NCBI GenBank assembly: GCA_033103385.1
Contig: CP136953.1
Location: 911,839 to 975,838, forward strand
DNA length: 64,000 nt
Direction of reading: 5' to 3'
Source of the DNA: Mollicutes bacterium LVI A0039
GTDB taxonomy: Bacteria; Bacillota_I; Bacilli_A; UBA3375
The notes below the pieces were generated by a model. The model had not been told where the DNA came from. It saw only the letters and a program-made list of their open reading frames with translations, and did no database searches. Of this stretch, positions 29,764 through 39,612 are shown piece by piece. The stretch's first letter is position 1, and the number at the start of each line of letters is the position of its first letter. A program made the translations under genes and the position numbers.

Positions 29764-31114
29764 TCTTCCCCCTATCTCTTTTTATTTTAAAGTATAAGTA
29801 ATACAAAATTGTGAAGATAAAGAATGTTGCAACCCCTGCATATGTTCCGACAAAGTATGACACAGCAAGTGTTGATATTGTTACCAATACTAAGACCAGC
29901 AGGTCAAATAATTGTTTAATATTAACATATTTAAAGTCAATAATATAAAATATTTGAATTAGCGTTGCAAATGAAATCAATGATATATATAGCATCTCTA
30001 CCGAATGTAAATCAATAGCGTAATCAGATGTAATCCAAATTAAGGTAATTGGCAGAGCCATGGCAATACCAATTAGGTAGTCTTTAAATAACATCATTCC
30101 TATTAGTAAACCAATTATCGACAGTAAGTATAGTTCCTCAACCGTATATATGTTTGCGTAATATCTTGCAATAAAATCGTATGATAGCGAAGCAAAGATT
30201 AGCGTTAATAAGAAACTTACTAATTCAGGACCAATACCTAAGATTGAGTTTCGAATTGTACGGTAGATTTCCTCTTCGGACATAATTCGCTCTTCGTATA
30301 CCGCTTTTACACCAAGGTAAATAGTGTAGGCAATCAGTGATAAAATATAGATAATAATAAACCAGTACACTTTGTATGTCGGAATAAATAGTACAAAGAT
30401 AACCGGGATTAATAGTAATTGCACAAATCTCTTGATAAATTTTATTCCGTTTAATGAACTTTGAATTTTGATTGATTGCTCAACTTCGATAGATGGTCTG
30501 ATTAAGTTCATGTTCTCAACATTAATTACATAGGTAGGCTCATTTTTAAATATTAATTGTACCAAGGTTTTAAACCCCCACCAAATTGCTGGAATGTTAA
30601 ATAAGATTATAACCATCGCTCCACCAACACTAATTCCATTTATACTATCAAACATCACTAAAAGCGAGGAAATGAATATTACGATAATTGATGTTGGGTT
30701 AGCAAACGGCATTATCCCACTATTAATATCATACACACCTTTATGATGGATTCTTAAGTCACTGTGCGATAAATCTAAGTTTGTCGAAAAGAATGATACA
30801 AAAAATGTTATTATCTTCTGACGACGATGTGAGAAACGTCCAACGTATCGATCAACCATATAGTCAACATTAATAAGGTTAAGTAGGTTTGATAAGATGA
30901 ATAGTAAAGCAATAATTGCCACAAGCAATACCGCTTGAGGATTTTGAAACATCAGTTTAGGTACCGCAACAAGTGATTGCAAAGCACCAATAATTTTATT
31001 ACCATTCAAGAAAAAGTTTAAGCCTAAAATTCCTAAAAGTAATGCATAAATCACATTTGTTTTTCTATTAATTAGACCAATTGTGACACAAAACAATAAA
31101 TATACAAAGATCAT
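29741..31114 (-). CDS. Polytopic integral membrane protein of unknown function (about 10-12 TM)
   Basis: Extremely hydrophobic I/L/F-rich 457-aa ORF with many predicted TM helices. No recognisable family motif. Confidence 0.6.
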   Translation of the reverse strand: MIFVYLLFCVTIGLINRKTNVIYALLLGILGLNFFLNGNKIIGALQSLVAVPKLMFQNPQAVLLVAIIALLFILSNLLNLINVDYMVDRYVGRFSHRRQKIITFFVSFFSTNLDLSHSDLRIHHKGVYDINSGIMPFANPTSIIVIFISSLLVMFDSINGISVGGAMVIILFNIPAIWWGFKTLVQLIFKNEPTYVINVENMNLIRPSIEVEQSIKIQSSLNGIKFIKRFVQLLLIPVIFVLFIPTYKVYWFIIIYILSLIAYTIYLGVKAVYEERIMSEEEIYRTIRNSILGIGPELVSFLLTLIFASLSYDFIARYYANIYTVEELYLLSIIGLLIGMMLFKDYLIGIAMALPITLIWITSDYAIDLHSVEMLYISLISFATLIQIFYIIDFKYVNIKQLFDLLVLVLVTISTLAVSYFVGTYAGVATFFIFTILYYLYFKIKRDRGKNDNPRHT

Positions 31115-31237
31115 ATACGCTCCTAGTTTAGATTATATCATTATTAGCCTAATAATACTGAAAAATGATGCCAGTTACACTTCACCATTATATATAAAAA
31201 CGATTATCTAAGCATAAATCTACCATTTACACAAGTT

Positions 31238-31270
31238 AAAAAAGAACCCCCTTTTTCAAGGGGTTCTAAT
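31238..31270 (-). terminator. Strong intrinsic terminator downstream of the flotillin gene
   Basis: Minus-strand AGAACCCCTTG-AAAAA-GGGGGTTCT followed by TTTTTT. Confidence 0.8.
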
Positions 31271-31282
31271 GCTTTTAAAATA

Positions 31283-32719
31283 TTATATTACTTCCTTTAC
31301 CTCTTCAGTTTCAACTTCTTCAGAACTTGACACATCAACTTTGGGGTCCGTTGTCTTATTCTCTTCCATTGAACCTAGGTATTTAGGTAATTCTACTCCG
31401 GCATCCTTAGCGATTTCATGCATCGCTGGAATCGTCGTCATAAAATTGTCTACAAAACCATTTAGTCCTGAACGACCTTCACCATTGCTACTACTTGGGT
31501 TATCCCAAACAGTAATTTTATCGATGTTTAGGTTGTTTAAGGCATCAGATTTAACTTTAGTTACATCTACTAGTTGTTCAATCATCAGTACACTTGTTAA
31601 ATTTTCTTGTCCAACTGCTTTACAAATCTTATCGTAACCAGCAGCTTTTTGTTCCATAATTTGATTAATCCCTTTTGCTTCCGCTTCCGCTTTAAGTAAG
31701 ATTTCTTTCGCCTGTGCTTCGGCCTCTAAAATACGTTTATTTTTCTCTGCTTCGGCCTTTAATTCGATTTGCTCTTTTTCTGCTTTTACTAGAGCTACTT
31801 GAGTTGCACGTAACTCCTCTAACTCACGCTCGGCTTTACGTTTTTGTACTTCAATTTCAGCATTTACTTTGGCAACTTCCGACTCTTGAGTAAACGCTGC
31901 AGTTTTTACAGCAAGATCCTTCTCACTCTCACGTTGAGTAGCCATCGCCTCATTTTGGCCTTGAATTGTTTCAGCTTGTAATTTTGCAGTTATTACAGCA
32001 TTTTCTTTGTTTGCTTGGTTTACCCCAATCTCACGTTCAGTATTAAATTGCGCAACTTTAATCTCTTTATCTTTAAGCGCTTCATTTGTCCCAATTTCCC
32101 CATCTTTTTCGGCGTTTGCTACGTTGATGTTCGCTTGGTTAACTGCCTCAGCACTAGCCTTACGTCCAATTGCTTCAATGTATCCACCTTCATCAGTGAT
32201 ATCTTTAATATTAACGTTGATTAAGTCTAAACCTAGTTTTGCAAGTTCAGACGATACATTTTTGAACACTTCATTTTCAAACTTTTCACGGTCAGCATTA
32301 ATTTCTTCAACTGTAAGACCAGCAATTACCGCACGAAGTTGCCCTAAGATAATATCTTGAGATTGTTCTGATAACGCCTCATCACTTAAATCCAAGATTC
32401 GACGGGCTGCATTAACCAACATGTCTTGAGTTGGCGAAACCGCTAAGGTAAATGTAGATGGTGTATCTACACGAATATTTTGTTTTGATAATGCCCCTCT
32501 TAAATCAACATCTACTACGAACGGCTCAAGACTCAGTGTCTGAGAACCCTGTAATATCGGCAGCACAAATGTCGCTCCACCGGTTACAATTTTAAGTCCA
32601 TTTTCTCCAGTTCCCTTACCCCAGATTACTAAGGCAGTATTAGATCTTACACGTTTATAACTTACAATTAAGACAACGATTATAAATAATACAAGAACTA
32701 TAATTGCGAATAACATCAT
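31283..32719 (-). CDS. floT: Flotillin-like SPFH/band-7 protein (FloT/YuaG-like)
   Basis: N-terminal TM, SPFH domain, then a long Ala/Glu/Lys-rich coiled-coil repeat region ('EAEAQAKEILLKAEAEAKG'). Size and architecture match B. subtilis FloT. Confidence 0.75.
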   Translation of the reverse strand: MMLFAIIVLVLFIIVVLIVSYKRVRSNTALVIWGKGTGENGLKIVTGGATFVLPILQGSQTLSLEPFVVDVDLRGALSKQNIRVDTPSTFTLAVSPTQDMLVNAARRILDLSDEALSEQSQDIILGQLRAVIAGLTVEEINADREKFENEVFKNVSSELAKLGLDLINVNIKDITDEGGYIEAIGRKASAEAVNQANINVANAEKDGEIGTNEALKDKEIKVAQFNTEREIGVNQANKENAVITAKLQAETIQGQNEAMATQRESEKDLAVKTAAFTQESEVAKVNAEIEVQKRKAERELEELRATQVALVKAEKEQIELKAEAEKNKRILEAEAQAKEILLKAEAEAKGINQIMEQKAAGYDKICKAVGQENLTSVLMIEQLVDVTKVKSDALNNLNIDKITVWDNPSSSNGEGRSGLNGFVDNFMTTIPAMHEIAKDAGVELPKYLGSMEENKTTDPKVDVSSSEEVETEEVKEVI

Positions 32720-32922
32720 AATTTCTCCTCCTGGTTTGTCATAAAGATAAATTCGTCATTATCCTCATTGCAATATTTAGTTACAATCGAATTTTCTTTA
32801 ACTAGCGAATCAAATAACTCGATTTTATAATCCTTATACAACTTCTTTGTTGTATCAATTTCAAGTAAAACCAGTTTTCTCACTTTATCAATTCTTAATA
32901 CACGAAATTCATTATCCTTCAC
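32716..32922 (-). CDS. Small hypothetical protein (68 aa) translationally coupled (ATGA overlap) to the flotillin gene
   Basis: ORF only. Soluble, with no TM, so not a canonical NfeD/YuaF partner. Confidence 0.4.
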   Translation of the reverse strand: MKDNEFRVLRIDKVRKLVLLEIDTTKKLYKDYKIELFDSLVKENSIVTKYCNEDNDEFIFMTNQEEKL

Positions 32923-33024
32923 GAAAACCTCTTTTCTTTTTTTTACGGTTCAACAATAGCGCTCAATTTGTTCCCCATATAAAATTGCAAGAATAAATTT
33001 ATCTATTGCATGATAACCTTCAAT

Positions 33025-33052
33025 CTACGTAGCATTCCACATAGCTACGTAA
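33025..33052. promoter_or_regulatory. Inverted repeat cTACGTAgc-N10-gcTACGTAa upstream of the small-ORF/flotillin operon (candidate operator)
   Basis: Two self-palindromic TACGTA hexamers about 20 bp apart, centre to centre. About 100 nt upstream of the 32922 start. No T-run, so not a terminator. Confidence 0.3.
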
Positions 33053-33418
33053 AATTCAAACTATTCCTCATCAATTAAATAACTAAATAACATCAGATAC
33101 ACGTATTATAACATCTTTAATTTATGGTTTTTGCTATTATAAATTAACATTTCCCCAAATATTGGCTCTTCGAAATAGTTTAGGATAATATAGTTTTGTT
33201 AACAATTTATGCTACAGGCCACTTCCCCACAGATGCATTTCCTTTATCACCTCGCGCTAAGTTAACATCGAAAATAACTTAAATATGATATGTTAAATCT
33301 TTGGTAATGAAAATCGAGCGCCATTTCCCGGATAATCATTATTTTTCTTTAACTATAATTTGTAAAAAATTGAATAAATATGCTATTATATATTAGTAAA
33401 ATAAATGTAGGAGGCAAT

Positions 33419-33646
33419 ATGGCAAAATATACTAAAATCGATCAAGATACTTGTATCGCATGTGGATCATGTTCAGCTGAAGCACCAGATGTTTACGCTG
33501 AAAACGAACAAGGAATCGCATACTCATTATTAGATGAGAACAAAGGTGTTACAGAAATTAAAGCTGATTTCTTAGAAGACGTTGAGTACGCAGTAGAATC
33601 ATGTCCAACTGATTCTGTACTAGTTAGTGATTCACCATACGCATAA
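33419..33646 (+). CDS. fer: 4Fe-4S ferredoxin (single-cluster, Bacillus Fer-type)
   Basis: 'MAKYTKIDQDTCIACGSCSAEAPDVY...ESCPTDSV'. Start refined to the ATG with a GGAGG RBS. The track ORF begins 39 nt earlier. Confidence 0.8.
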   Translation: MAKYTKIDQDTCIACGSCSAEAPDVYAENEQGIAYSLLDENKGVTEIKADFLEDVEYAVESCPTDSVLVSDSPYA

Positions 33647-33688
33647 TAAACAAGCGGCTTAAGTGCTGCTTTTTTTATAGGAGAAATT

Positions 33689-34168
33689 ATGAAGAGAGAT
33701 GATTACTTAGATTGGGATCAATATTTCATGGGAATTGCAAGGTTATCGGCATTGCGTTCTAAAGATCCTTCAACTCAAGTTGGTGCGTGTATCGTCAATG
33801 ATCAAAAAAAGATTATTGGGATTGGATACAACGGCCTTCCTACTGGAATTGACGACAATTTATTTCCATGGGGCAATAAGGGGGATTTTCTTGATACTAA
33901 ATATCCATATGTTTGTCACGCCGAATTAAATGCAATTTTAAACAGTACAATGGATATCAAAGGGGCTAGCTTGTATGTGACGCTCTTTCCATGTAACGAA
34001 TGTACTAAAGCAATTATCCAAAGCGGGATCAAAACATTGTATTACATTTCTGACAAATATAAGGATTTGGAAATGACAATTGCTAGTAAAAAAATGCTCG
34101 ATAGTGTTGGTATCAAATATATTAAACTTGATAGCGTTGCAGCAATTACCCTTCCGGATGAGTATTAA
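33689..34168 (+). CDS. comEB: dCMP deaminase (ComEB-like cytidine/deoxycytidylate deaminase)
   Basis: Zinc-binding 'CHAELNAI' and 'PCNECTKAI' motifs. About 159 aa. Confidence 0.85.
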   Translation: MKRDDYLDWDQYFMGIARLSALRSKDPSTQVGACIVNDQKKIIGIGYNGLPTGIDDNLFPWGNKGDFLDTKYPYVCHAELNAILNSTMDIKGASLYVTLFPCNECTKAIIQSGIKTLYYISDKYKDLEMTIASKKMLDSVGIKYIKLDSVAAITLPDEY

Positions 34169-34212
34169 AATGAGGACTATGCAAGTATCATAAGTACTAG
34201 ATTTAAATGACA

Positions 34213-34250
34213 AAAGTCGTGAACAGTAATTGTTCGCGACTTTCTCTTTT
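34213..34250. terminator. Bidirectional terminator between comEB (+) and the GH28 gene (-)
   Basis: Hairpin AAGTCGTGAACA-GTAA-TGTTCGCGACTT (one U.G) followed by a T-run. Confidence 0.6.
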
Positions 34251-34261
34251 TCTATATTATT

Positions 34262-35488
34262 TTAAGACTGGTTATTGGTGTCATCAAAACTGATGCTTAA
34301 TCCTTCTGTATCTATATTGTCTACATTATTTATAAATACCGGAACTAATGCTCCGTCAAATAAGCCACTATGCTCCGCACCAAATGGACGATTGTCATAT
34401 TGTTGATTTGGATACCTAGTGCTTGGCGTTAACTTGAAGAAACTATTTGATATTTTAATATTTGATATCAAGTTCGATTCTAAAGCTGAGAAGTACAGAC
34501 AGTTTTCACCTTCCATACTTATATTTGAAAATAGTACATTCGAAATTTTACTCAATGAACTTAAACCTGGTGTTCGAGGATAACTGGTTATTGCGATTGG
34601 CTCTCCTTTTCCCCACCATATGTCATTAAATTTTCTGGTTTTTATAATCAAATTTGAACATACCAAATCACTTACATTTCCACCGTCACGGACTTGAATA
34701 GATATCCCACGGTTGGAATCATGAATGATTGAGTTACTAAATGTGATGTTTGAGAAATCTCCAAAACTTTCAGTACCTATTTTGAATCCAGCGCTTGTTG
34801 ATTTTAAAATACAGTTATTTACTGTAATGTTTTTAGTAGGTCCATAATCCTTATAGTACTTAGTGTTTTTCAAGACAATACAGTCATCAGCACTGGTGAT
34901 AAAACAATCAGAGATAATAACATCTTGACAATGATCGGGGTCAATTCCATCACAATTTGGCATCATTAAGTCCTGGTTGATTTTAAGTCTAGAAAATAAT
35001 ACTTGTTGACAACCGACTGGATGAATTGTCCAATAGCAACCATTTTCGATTGTTATATCAGTTATTCTTAGGTTAGTTACATTTTCAAAAAATAGTTGGG
35101 TAATTCGGGGATATTTTTCTAATTTGTAAATGTATTTAGTTTGGGAGTTAACAAAAGATAATCCATTTCCATCGATTGTACCAGAACCGGAAATGGTAAT
35201 ATTCTGACCGTGGTAAGCGGCAATTATCGTATACATCGGCTCGCCTGAGTATGCTTCTTCTGTTGTCAACTGTTGATAGTCTTCATACTTATCACTACCT
35301 AAAAGTCTACAGTTACCTTCTAAGACATAATTTATATCACTTTTCAAAATCAGATTAGCAACCTTAAAGGTATATCCGGTCGGAAAAACAAATGTCTCAC
35401 CAACATTTGCATCATTGATTGCCTTTTGGATTGCTTGTGTATCATTTGTGACTCCGTCACCAACTGCTCCATATTCAAAAATATTCAT
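34262..35488 (-). CDS. GH28 family glycoside hydrolase (exo-polygalacturonase / rhamnogalacturonan hydrolase-like right-handed beta-helix), cytoplasmic
   Basis: 'FEYGAVGDGVTNDTQAIQKAI' N-terminal motif. 'NCDGIDP', 'ADDCIVLK', 'SAGFKIGTES' and 'RGISIQ' correspond to the GH28 NTDG / DD / GHG / RIK motifs. Confidence 0.75.
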   Translation of the reverse strand: MNIFEYGAVGDGVTNDTQAIQKAINDANVGETFVFPTGYTFKVANLILKSDINYVLEGNCRLLGSDKYEDYQQLTTEEAYSGEPMYTIIAAYHGQNITISGSGTIDGNGLSFVNSQTKYIYKLEKYPRITQLFFENVTNLRITDITIENGCYWTIHPVGCQQVLFSRLKINQDLMMPNCDGIDPDHCQDVIISDCFITSADDCIVLKNTKYYKDYGPTKNITVNNCILKSTSAGFKIGTESFGDFSNITFSNSIIHDSNRGISIQVRDGGNVSDLVCSNLIIKTRKFNDIWWGKGEPIAITSYPRTPGLSSLSKISNVLFSNISMEGENCLYFSALESNLISNIKISNSFFKLTPSTRYPNQQYDNRPFGAEHSGLFDGALVPVFINNVDNIDTEGLSISFDDTNNQS

Positions 35489-35490
35489 AA

Positions 35491-36129
35491 TTAGTCTAGT
35501 CCTTTATATGAAATTAGTTTATTATAAAGCGTAATATTTAATCCCGTAAATAGTGTGATGATAATTGTTCCTATCGAAACCGTTACAGATACAATTCCAA
35601 TTACGTTTAAAGCGATAACTAAAGTTATTACCAGTGCATCCGCAATTAATCGACTCTTACCTAGTTCTATATTCTTGTATTTTGAAAATTCAACAACAAA
35701 CTTATCATAAGGGGGAATTATAATATTGCTTATTGCCATAAAATACAAACCAAGATTCAGTGTTAAAAAAGCGACTATAAATACTATTACTACAATAATT
35801 GTCGAAAATTCACTTGGATCGAACTTGATAATTTCTTCGTATATAGAAATAATTCTCGTTACTATAAATATCGAAAACAAACTGATAATTACATCACGAT
35901 ATCTTATTTTAAATCCTCTCACTAAGAAAAGCAATAAGATGAAGAAAAGACCGTGTAACGCAAAAGAGGCATTAGAAAACTTATCGATGCCTAAAAGCCC
36001 TTGTAAGGCCAATGTTAATGAATCAAATGGTCCAACTCCAAAATCAATCGCTAATATATACATCAGACCAATACTTAATAGATTAATTCCCAAGAAGGCA
36101 ATTAATACACGTTTCAATGTTTTATTCAT
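35491..36129 (-). CDS. Small membrane protein, YczE/YitT-like (putative)
   Basis: About 6 TM. 'GINLLSIGLMYILAIDFGVGPFDSLTLAL' resembles the YczE-type membrane proteins. Weak call. Confidence 0.4.
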   Translation of the reverse strand: MNKTLKRVLIAFLGINLLSIGLMYILAIDFGVGPFDSLTLALQGLLGIDKFSNASFALHGLFFILLLFLVRGFKIRYRDVIISLFSIFIVTRIISIYEEIIKFDPSEFSTIIVVIVFIVAFLTLNLGLYFMAISNIIIPPYDKFVVEFSKYKNIELGKSRLIADALVITLVIALNVIGIVSVTVSIGTIIITLFTGLNITLYNKLISYKGLD

Positions 36130-36130
36130 G

Positions 36131-37219
36131 TTATATGTGATTAAGCGCTTCTAACATAGCTATTGCAGCTAACGATTGCCCATAAGCCATCGGTGCAGTT
36201 ATTATGTTGATATAGTGCTCTTCACCCTCTCCCATCGCTGTTCCTGCCGATACATTTTCAACAACTCCATTGTCATTAATATTGCTCATGATGGCTTCGA
36301 TCGTTCTTAATAAATCAGCAGTATGTTTCGTGTCAATAAATCCTAAACGAATTCCTTTTAAGATTCCGGCACATATTGCAGAACTTCCAGATACTTCAGC
36401 ATAAGAATTCGGATTATCTAATACCGTAGTCCAAAGACCACTTTCCGTTTGTAGTGATAACAGTCGCTCTACTTGATTTTTATACACTTCAGCAATAAAT
36501 CGATATGTAGCTGTATGACTATTGCTTTGCTCTTGTTCTAGATAATCAATCATCCCGAGTGTAAACCAACCGTTTCCACGACACCAATGAACACCTCCAA
36601 AGTTATGCTCACCATTAAAATTGTAACCATGATAGAATAGCTTACTTTCCTTGCAGTATAATAATTTAATGTGTTCTAAAACTTGGAAAGTTGCCTCTTC
36701 ATGCATTTCTTGATTATCGAGGTTGATTGCCATTTGATTAAGAAATAATACCGTCATAAAGATTGTATCAATCCACACTTCTCCATCGTTTAACCAGACT
36801 CCAGTCCCATCAATATTAGAAGTAACATGCTGAATTGCACCTTCCTTAGTCCGGTTTAAATCGTTCATCACCCAATCTACCCACTCATCACATAAGTCTT
36901 TGTATTGTGCGTAATTTTTCGATAATGTTAGCATTGGCGCTGTTGTATTAACATTCTTCACAGGAGTGGCTTCACTAAGGCGCTCTTTTGTCCATTGTAA
37001 AATAACATCCTCATATTTCGATGCTACTTCTGAATCGTATTTGTGTAAACCGTACAGTCCTACTCCCTGTGTCCAGTCCCAAAAACCAAATCCGAAATCT
37101 CTTGGGAACTTACCAATTTTCTGATCTGCTTCTGTTGATTTAGTTTCTGTATGATTATTTTCCAAATTTAGCAGTTGATTTATGACTACATCTACATTTT
37201 TTAAAATTTCTTCTCTCAT
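36131..37219 (-). CDS. GH105/GH88-family unsaturated glycuronyl hydrolase (YesR/YteR-like unsaturated rhamnogalacturonyl hydrolase favoured by context)
   Basis: About 360-aa (alpha/alpha)6-type protein with the 'FGFWDWTQGVGLYGL' region typical of GH88/105. Adjacent to the GH28 and YesL-like genes. Confidence 0.6.
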   Translation of the reverse strand: MREEILKNVDVVINQLLNLENNHTETKSTEADQKIGKFPRDFGFGFWDWTQGVGLYGLHKYDSEVASKYEDVILQWTKERLSEATPVKNVNTTAPMLTLSKNYAQYKDLCDEWVDWVMNDLNRTKEGAIQHVTSNIDGTGVWLNDGEVWIDTIFMTVLFLNQMAINLDNQEMHEEATFQVLEHIKLLYCKESKLFYHGYNFNGEHNFGGVHWCRGNGWFTLGMIDYLEQEQSNSHTATYRFIAEVYKNQVERLLSLQTESGLWTTVLDNPNSYAEVSGSSAICAGILKGIRLGFIDTKHTADLLRTIEAIMSNINDNGVVENVSAGTAMGEGEEHYINIITAPMAYGQSLAAIAMLEALNHI

Positions 37220-37227
37220 TTTAATCC

Positions 37228-39612
37228 TTACTTTAGATAGTCAGCCTCACGCATAACTTCTTTTCCATTTAATTTTACTAATGACTCTTCTATCGATAGT
37301 GAATTATCACCGAATCGAAGTTCATTGTTTGAAACATCAATTGCTGCGATTAGCTCACTAAACTCTTCTAAATCTTTATAATTACTCGCACGCTCTACTA
37401 GTACTGCCAACTTAATATCTTCACCATACATTGCTATCTCTTTATTAGTGTTTGGTCCAAACTTAGTTAATTCCGGATTAACGTTTGTACTGACTCCAAC
37501 GTACACATCGTCCTTGACTATTATATAATAATTATCTTTAATGATGATTTGATCAATTTTCCAATTTGGAAGATACATATGGACCATTTTAATTGAAGCA
37601 TTTGCTAAATCGTAATCTAAATATGTCATGTTTTGAACTTGCTCAATACGGGGCATAATTTGGTTTCCGGCCCAGTAAGATGGACGGTTTTCACCACTAG
37701 GAACTAACTCACCTGGATTATTAATCCATAGTTGTGTATTATCCGACTTTAATGATATATTGAATAAGTGTTGTTGATGTCCGCGTGAACCGGCTTTATA
37801 GTTTACAACCGAACCAACAGCATAATCACTATTTTTAAACAAGTACGAATAAACACCATTAATTCCCTGCTTATATTCGATAGTTTTCGCTTCTAAGCCA
37901 TCGTAAGTAAAGTGCTGTGTTAGCATTGGTGGCTGGTAATCAGTTAATGCCATTAATGCTGTTGAGCGAGATGTTGTATTTATATATCCTTTACCCCATA
38001 ACATCCAAGTTATAAATGTTAACTCTCCAAATTCCATTGCCTTTAATTCTTTTTCATAACAACGCCCATAAGAGCTTGCCATCATATCACCATTAAAATT
38101 CAGTGCAATTATTTTTAATGTCAAATCCATAGCATCACTGGCAATCTGCTTGATTTCCGCATCTGGTGCAAGTTCAAATAAACTCAAGAAACCAATTATG
38201 TCAATCGGAATATATGTTGTCGAATTCCATTCAGCCAGTCCGTACTTATTAAAGATTTCAAACCATTCTACAATTCTATCCTTACCTATCTTGGAGTGGG
38301 TTACTCCAGTATTTCCTGATACGGTAAATACCTCATTAGGATATAAATCACCTGCAATATATTGGGCAATGTGGAATAATAGGGCATGGTTCTCACTAAA
38401 CCACCACATAACATCTGATCCTGGTTCATCAATCCAATATCTAAAATCAAGTATCGATTGTTTTAAACGATCATGCATTGGCGTTGGTAATAAGTGGCTA
38501 TATTTCTTTAAAATAATCATTAGAGGAACTATATAGAAATCAGCACAATCTCCCTTAGATTCCACAATTTCCAGCACTGTAAGCAGTCCGTTCTCCACCT
38601 CTTGGTTATACTCATTATTTAATGATAATAACACTAGTGATTTATTAACATTCACCTGACCATGTTTTGCAATATATTCTGCCGCAAACTTTTTACGCGC
38701 TTCTATTGTATCTAAGTCGACATTCGTTGTCGTAATCTTCGATATAAAGAAACGTTTGCTTACAACAATACCATCGATAATGGCCTGGATAGTAACGTAG
38801 GACATGAAATCTGAATCACCGCTTAGATCAATACTTTTTGTCTGTTGATCGACTAGCTTCCAATCTGCACTTCCACATGTATCACGATAAATGTCAAACC
38901 CTTCACTGTAACTAAAATAAAGTTGCTGATCAATTGAATCTAAATGAGTATTATACTTAATGATGTCTGACTTATTTGCGTCTTGCTCGAAGTATATTGC
39001 ATCAATATAATCGACAACTTGATCGTATTTTTCCTGGTCGATATTCGTATCAACATAATACTCTAAATTGATATCTGTGTTTAGAGTTAGTTGATAATAG
39101 TAAAATACATCACGTTCAGCAATCTCAAGTGCGTATATAATCACCTCATTATCACCCGCTTGTAACTCCAAACTGATTGAAGTACTTGAGTTGATGTTTC
39201 TTGTAAAAGGTGCATATTCAACTTGCACGCTACCATTAACCCAAATAATTACTTTACCACATGTATCAAGAGTAAAGTCTACGGATTGAGCTAATGGTGA
39301 AACAATCGTCACTTTGGAATACACTTCTAACTTATGAGGAGTGTTAATAAAATTCGAAAATTCTACCTTACTATTTTCAAATGGACTATATAAATAATTG
39401 AATTTAATATCTTGAGGATACGCTATACATTCATCCTTAAAATCATTTATAAAATCTTTACGCACTGGATATACAATTTGTTTATACCCTTCCTCTAAAT
39501 TTACTGGTGCATCAAACGTTTCGTCTTGGTGCTGTTTGTAATTAGTCTTAACAACATCACTATGCGCTACATGATTGATGCTTTGACCTTTGTTGATGTT
39601 ATACTTAAGCAT
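37228..39612 (-). CDS. Large uncharacterised glycan-active protein, paralog A (about 794 aa). Predicted N-terminal beta-sandwich, central (alpha/alpha)-toroid, C-terminal beta domain
   Basis: Paralogous to the N-terminal 750 aa of the 1,052-aa ORF (for example 'WWFSENHALLFHIAQYIAGD' vs 'MWYFSENHGLNFHTAQFMAGD'; 'AEWNSTTYIPIDI' in both). Start refined to the MLKYNINKGQ ATG (GAGGAG RBS), which overlaps the GH38 stop by 8 nt. No motif of a known GH/PL family recognised. Confidence 0.6.
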   Translation of the reverse strand: MLKYNINKGQSINHVAHSDVVKTNYKQHQDETFDAPVNLEEGYKQIVYPVRKDFINDFKDECIAYPQDIKFNYLYSPFENSKVEFSNFINTPHKLEVYSKVTIVSPLAQSVDFTLDTCGKVIIWVNGSVQVEYAPFTRNINSSTSISLELQAGDNEVIIYALEIAERDVFYYYQLTLNTDINLEYYVDTNIDQEKYDQVVDYIDAIYFEQDANKSDIIKYNTHLDSIDQQLYFSYSEGFDIYRDTCGSADWKLVDQQTKSIDLSGDSDFMSYVTIQAIIDGIVVSKRFFISKITTTNVDLDTIEARKKFAAEYIAKHGQVNVNKSLVLLSLNNEYNQEVENGLLTVLEIVESKGDCADFYIVPLMIILKKYSHLLPTPMHDRLKQSILDFRYWIDEPGSDVMWWFSENHALLFHIAQYIAGDLYPNEVFTVSGNTGVTHSKIGKDRIVEWFEIFNKYGLAEWNSTTYIPIDIIGFLSLFELAPDAEIKQIASDAMDLTLKIIALNFNGDMMASSYGRCYEKELKAMEFGELTFITWMLWGKGYINTTSRSTALMALTDYQPPMLTQHFTYDGLEAKTIEYKQGINGVYSYLFKNSDYAVGSVVNYKAGSRGHQQHLFNISLKSDNTQLWINNPGELVPSGENRPSYWAGNQIMPRIEQVQNMTYLDYDLANASIKMVHMYLPNWKIDQIIIKDNYYIIVKDDVYVGVSTNVNPELTKFGPNTNKEIAMYGEDIKLAVLVERASNYKDLEEFSELIAAIDVSNNELRFGDNSLSIEESLVKLNGKEVMREADYLK

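Noticed and set aside
32007-32360. Plus-strand ORFs inside the flotillin gene
   Set aside because: They are antisense to the coiled-coil Ala/Glu/Lys repeat region, whose reverse complement gives Ser/Phe/Ala-rich pseudo-ORFs. Not genes.
35726-36154. 142-aa plus-strand ORF
   Set aside because: Fully contained antisense within the YczE-like membrane-protein gene. Low-complexity I/N/K-rich translation.
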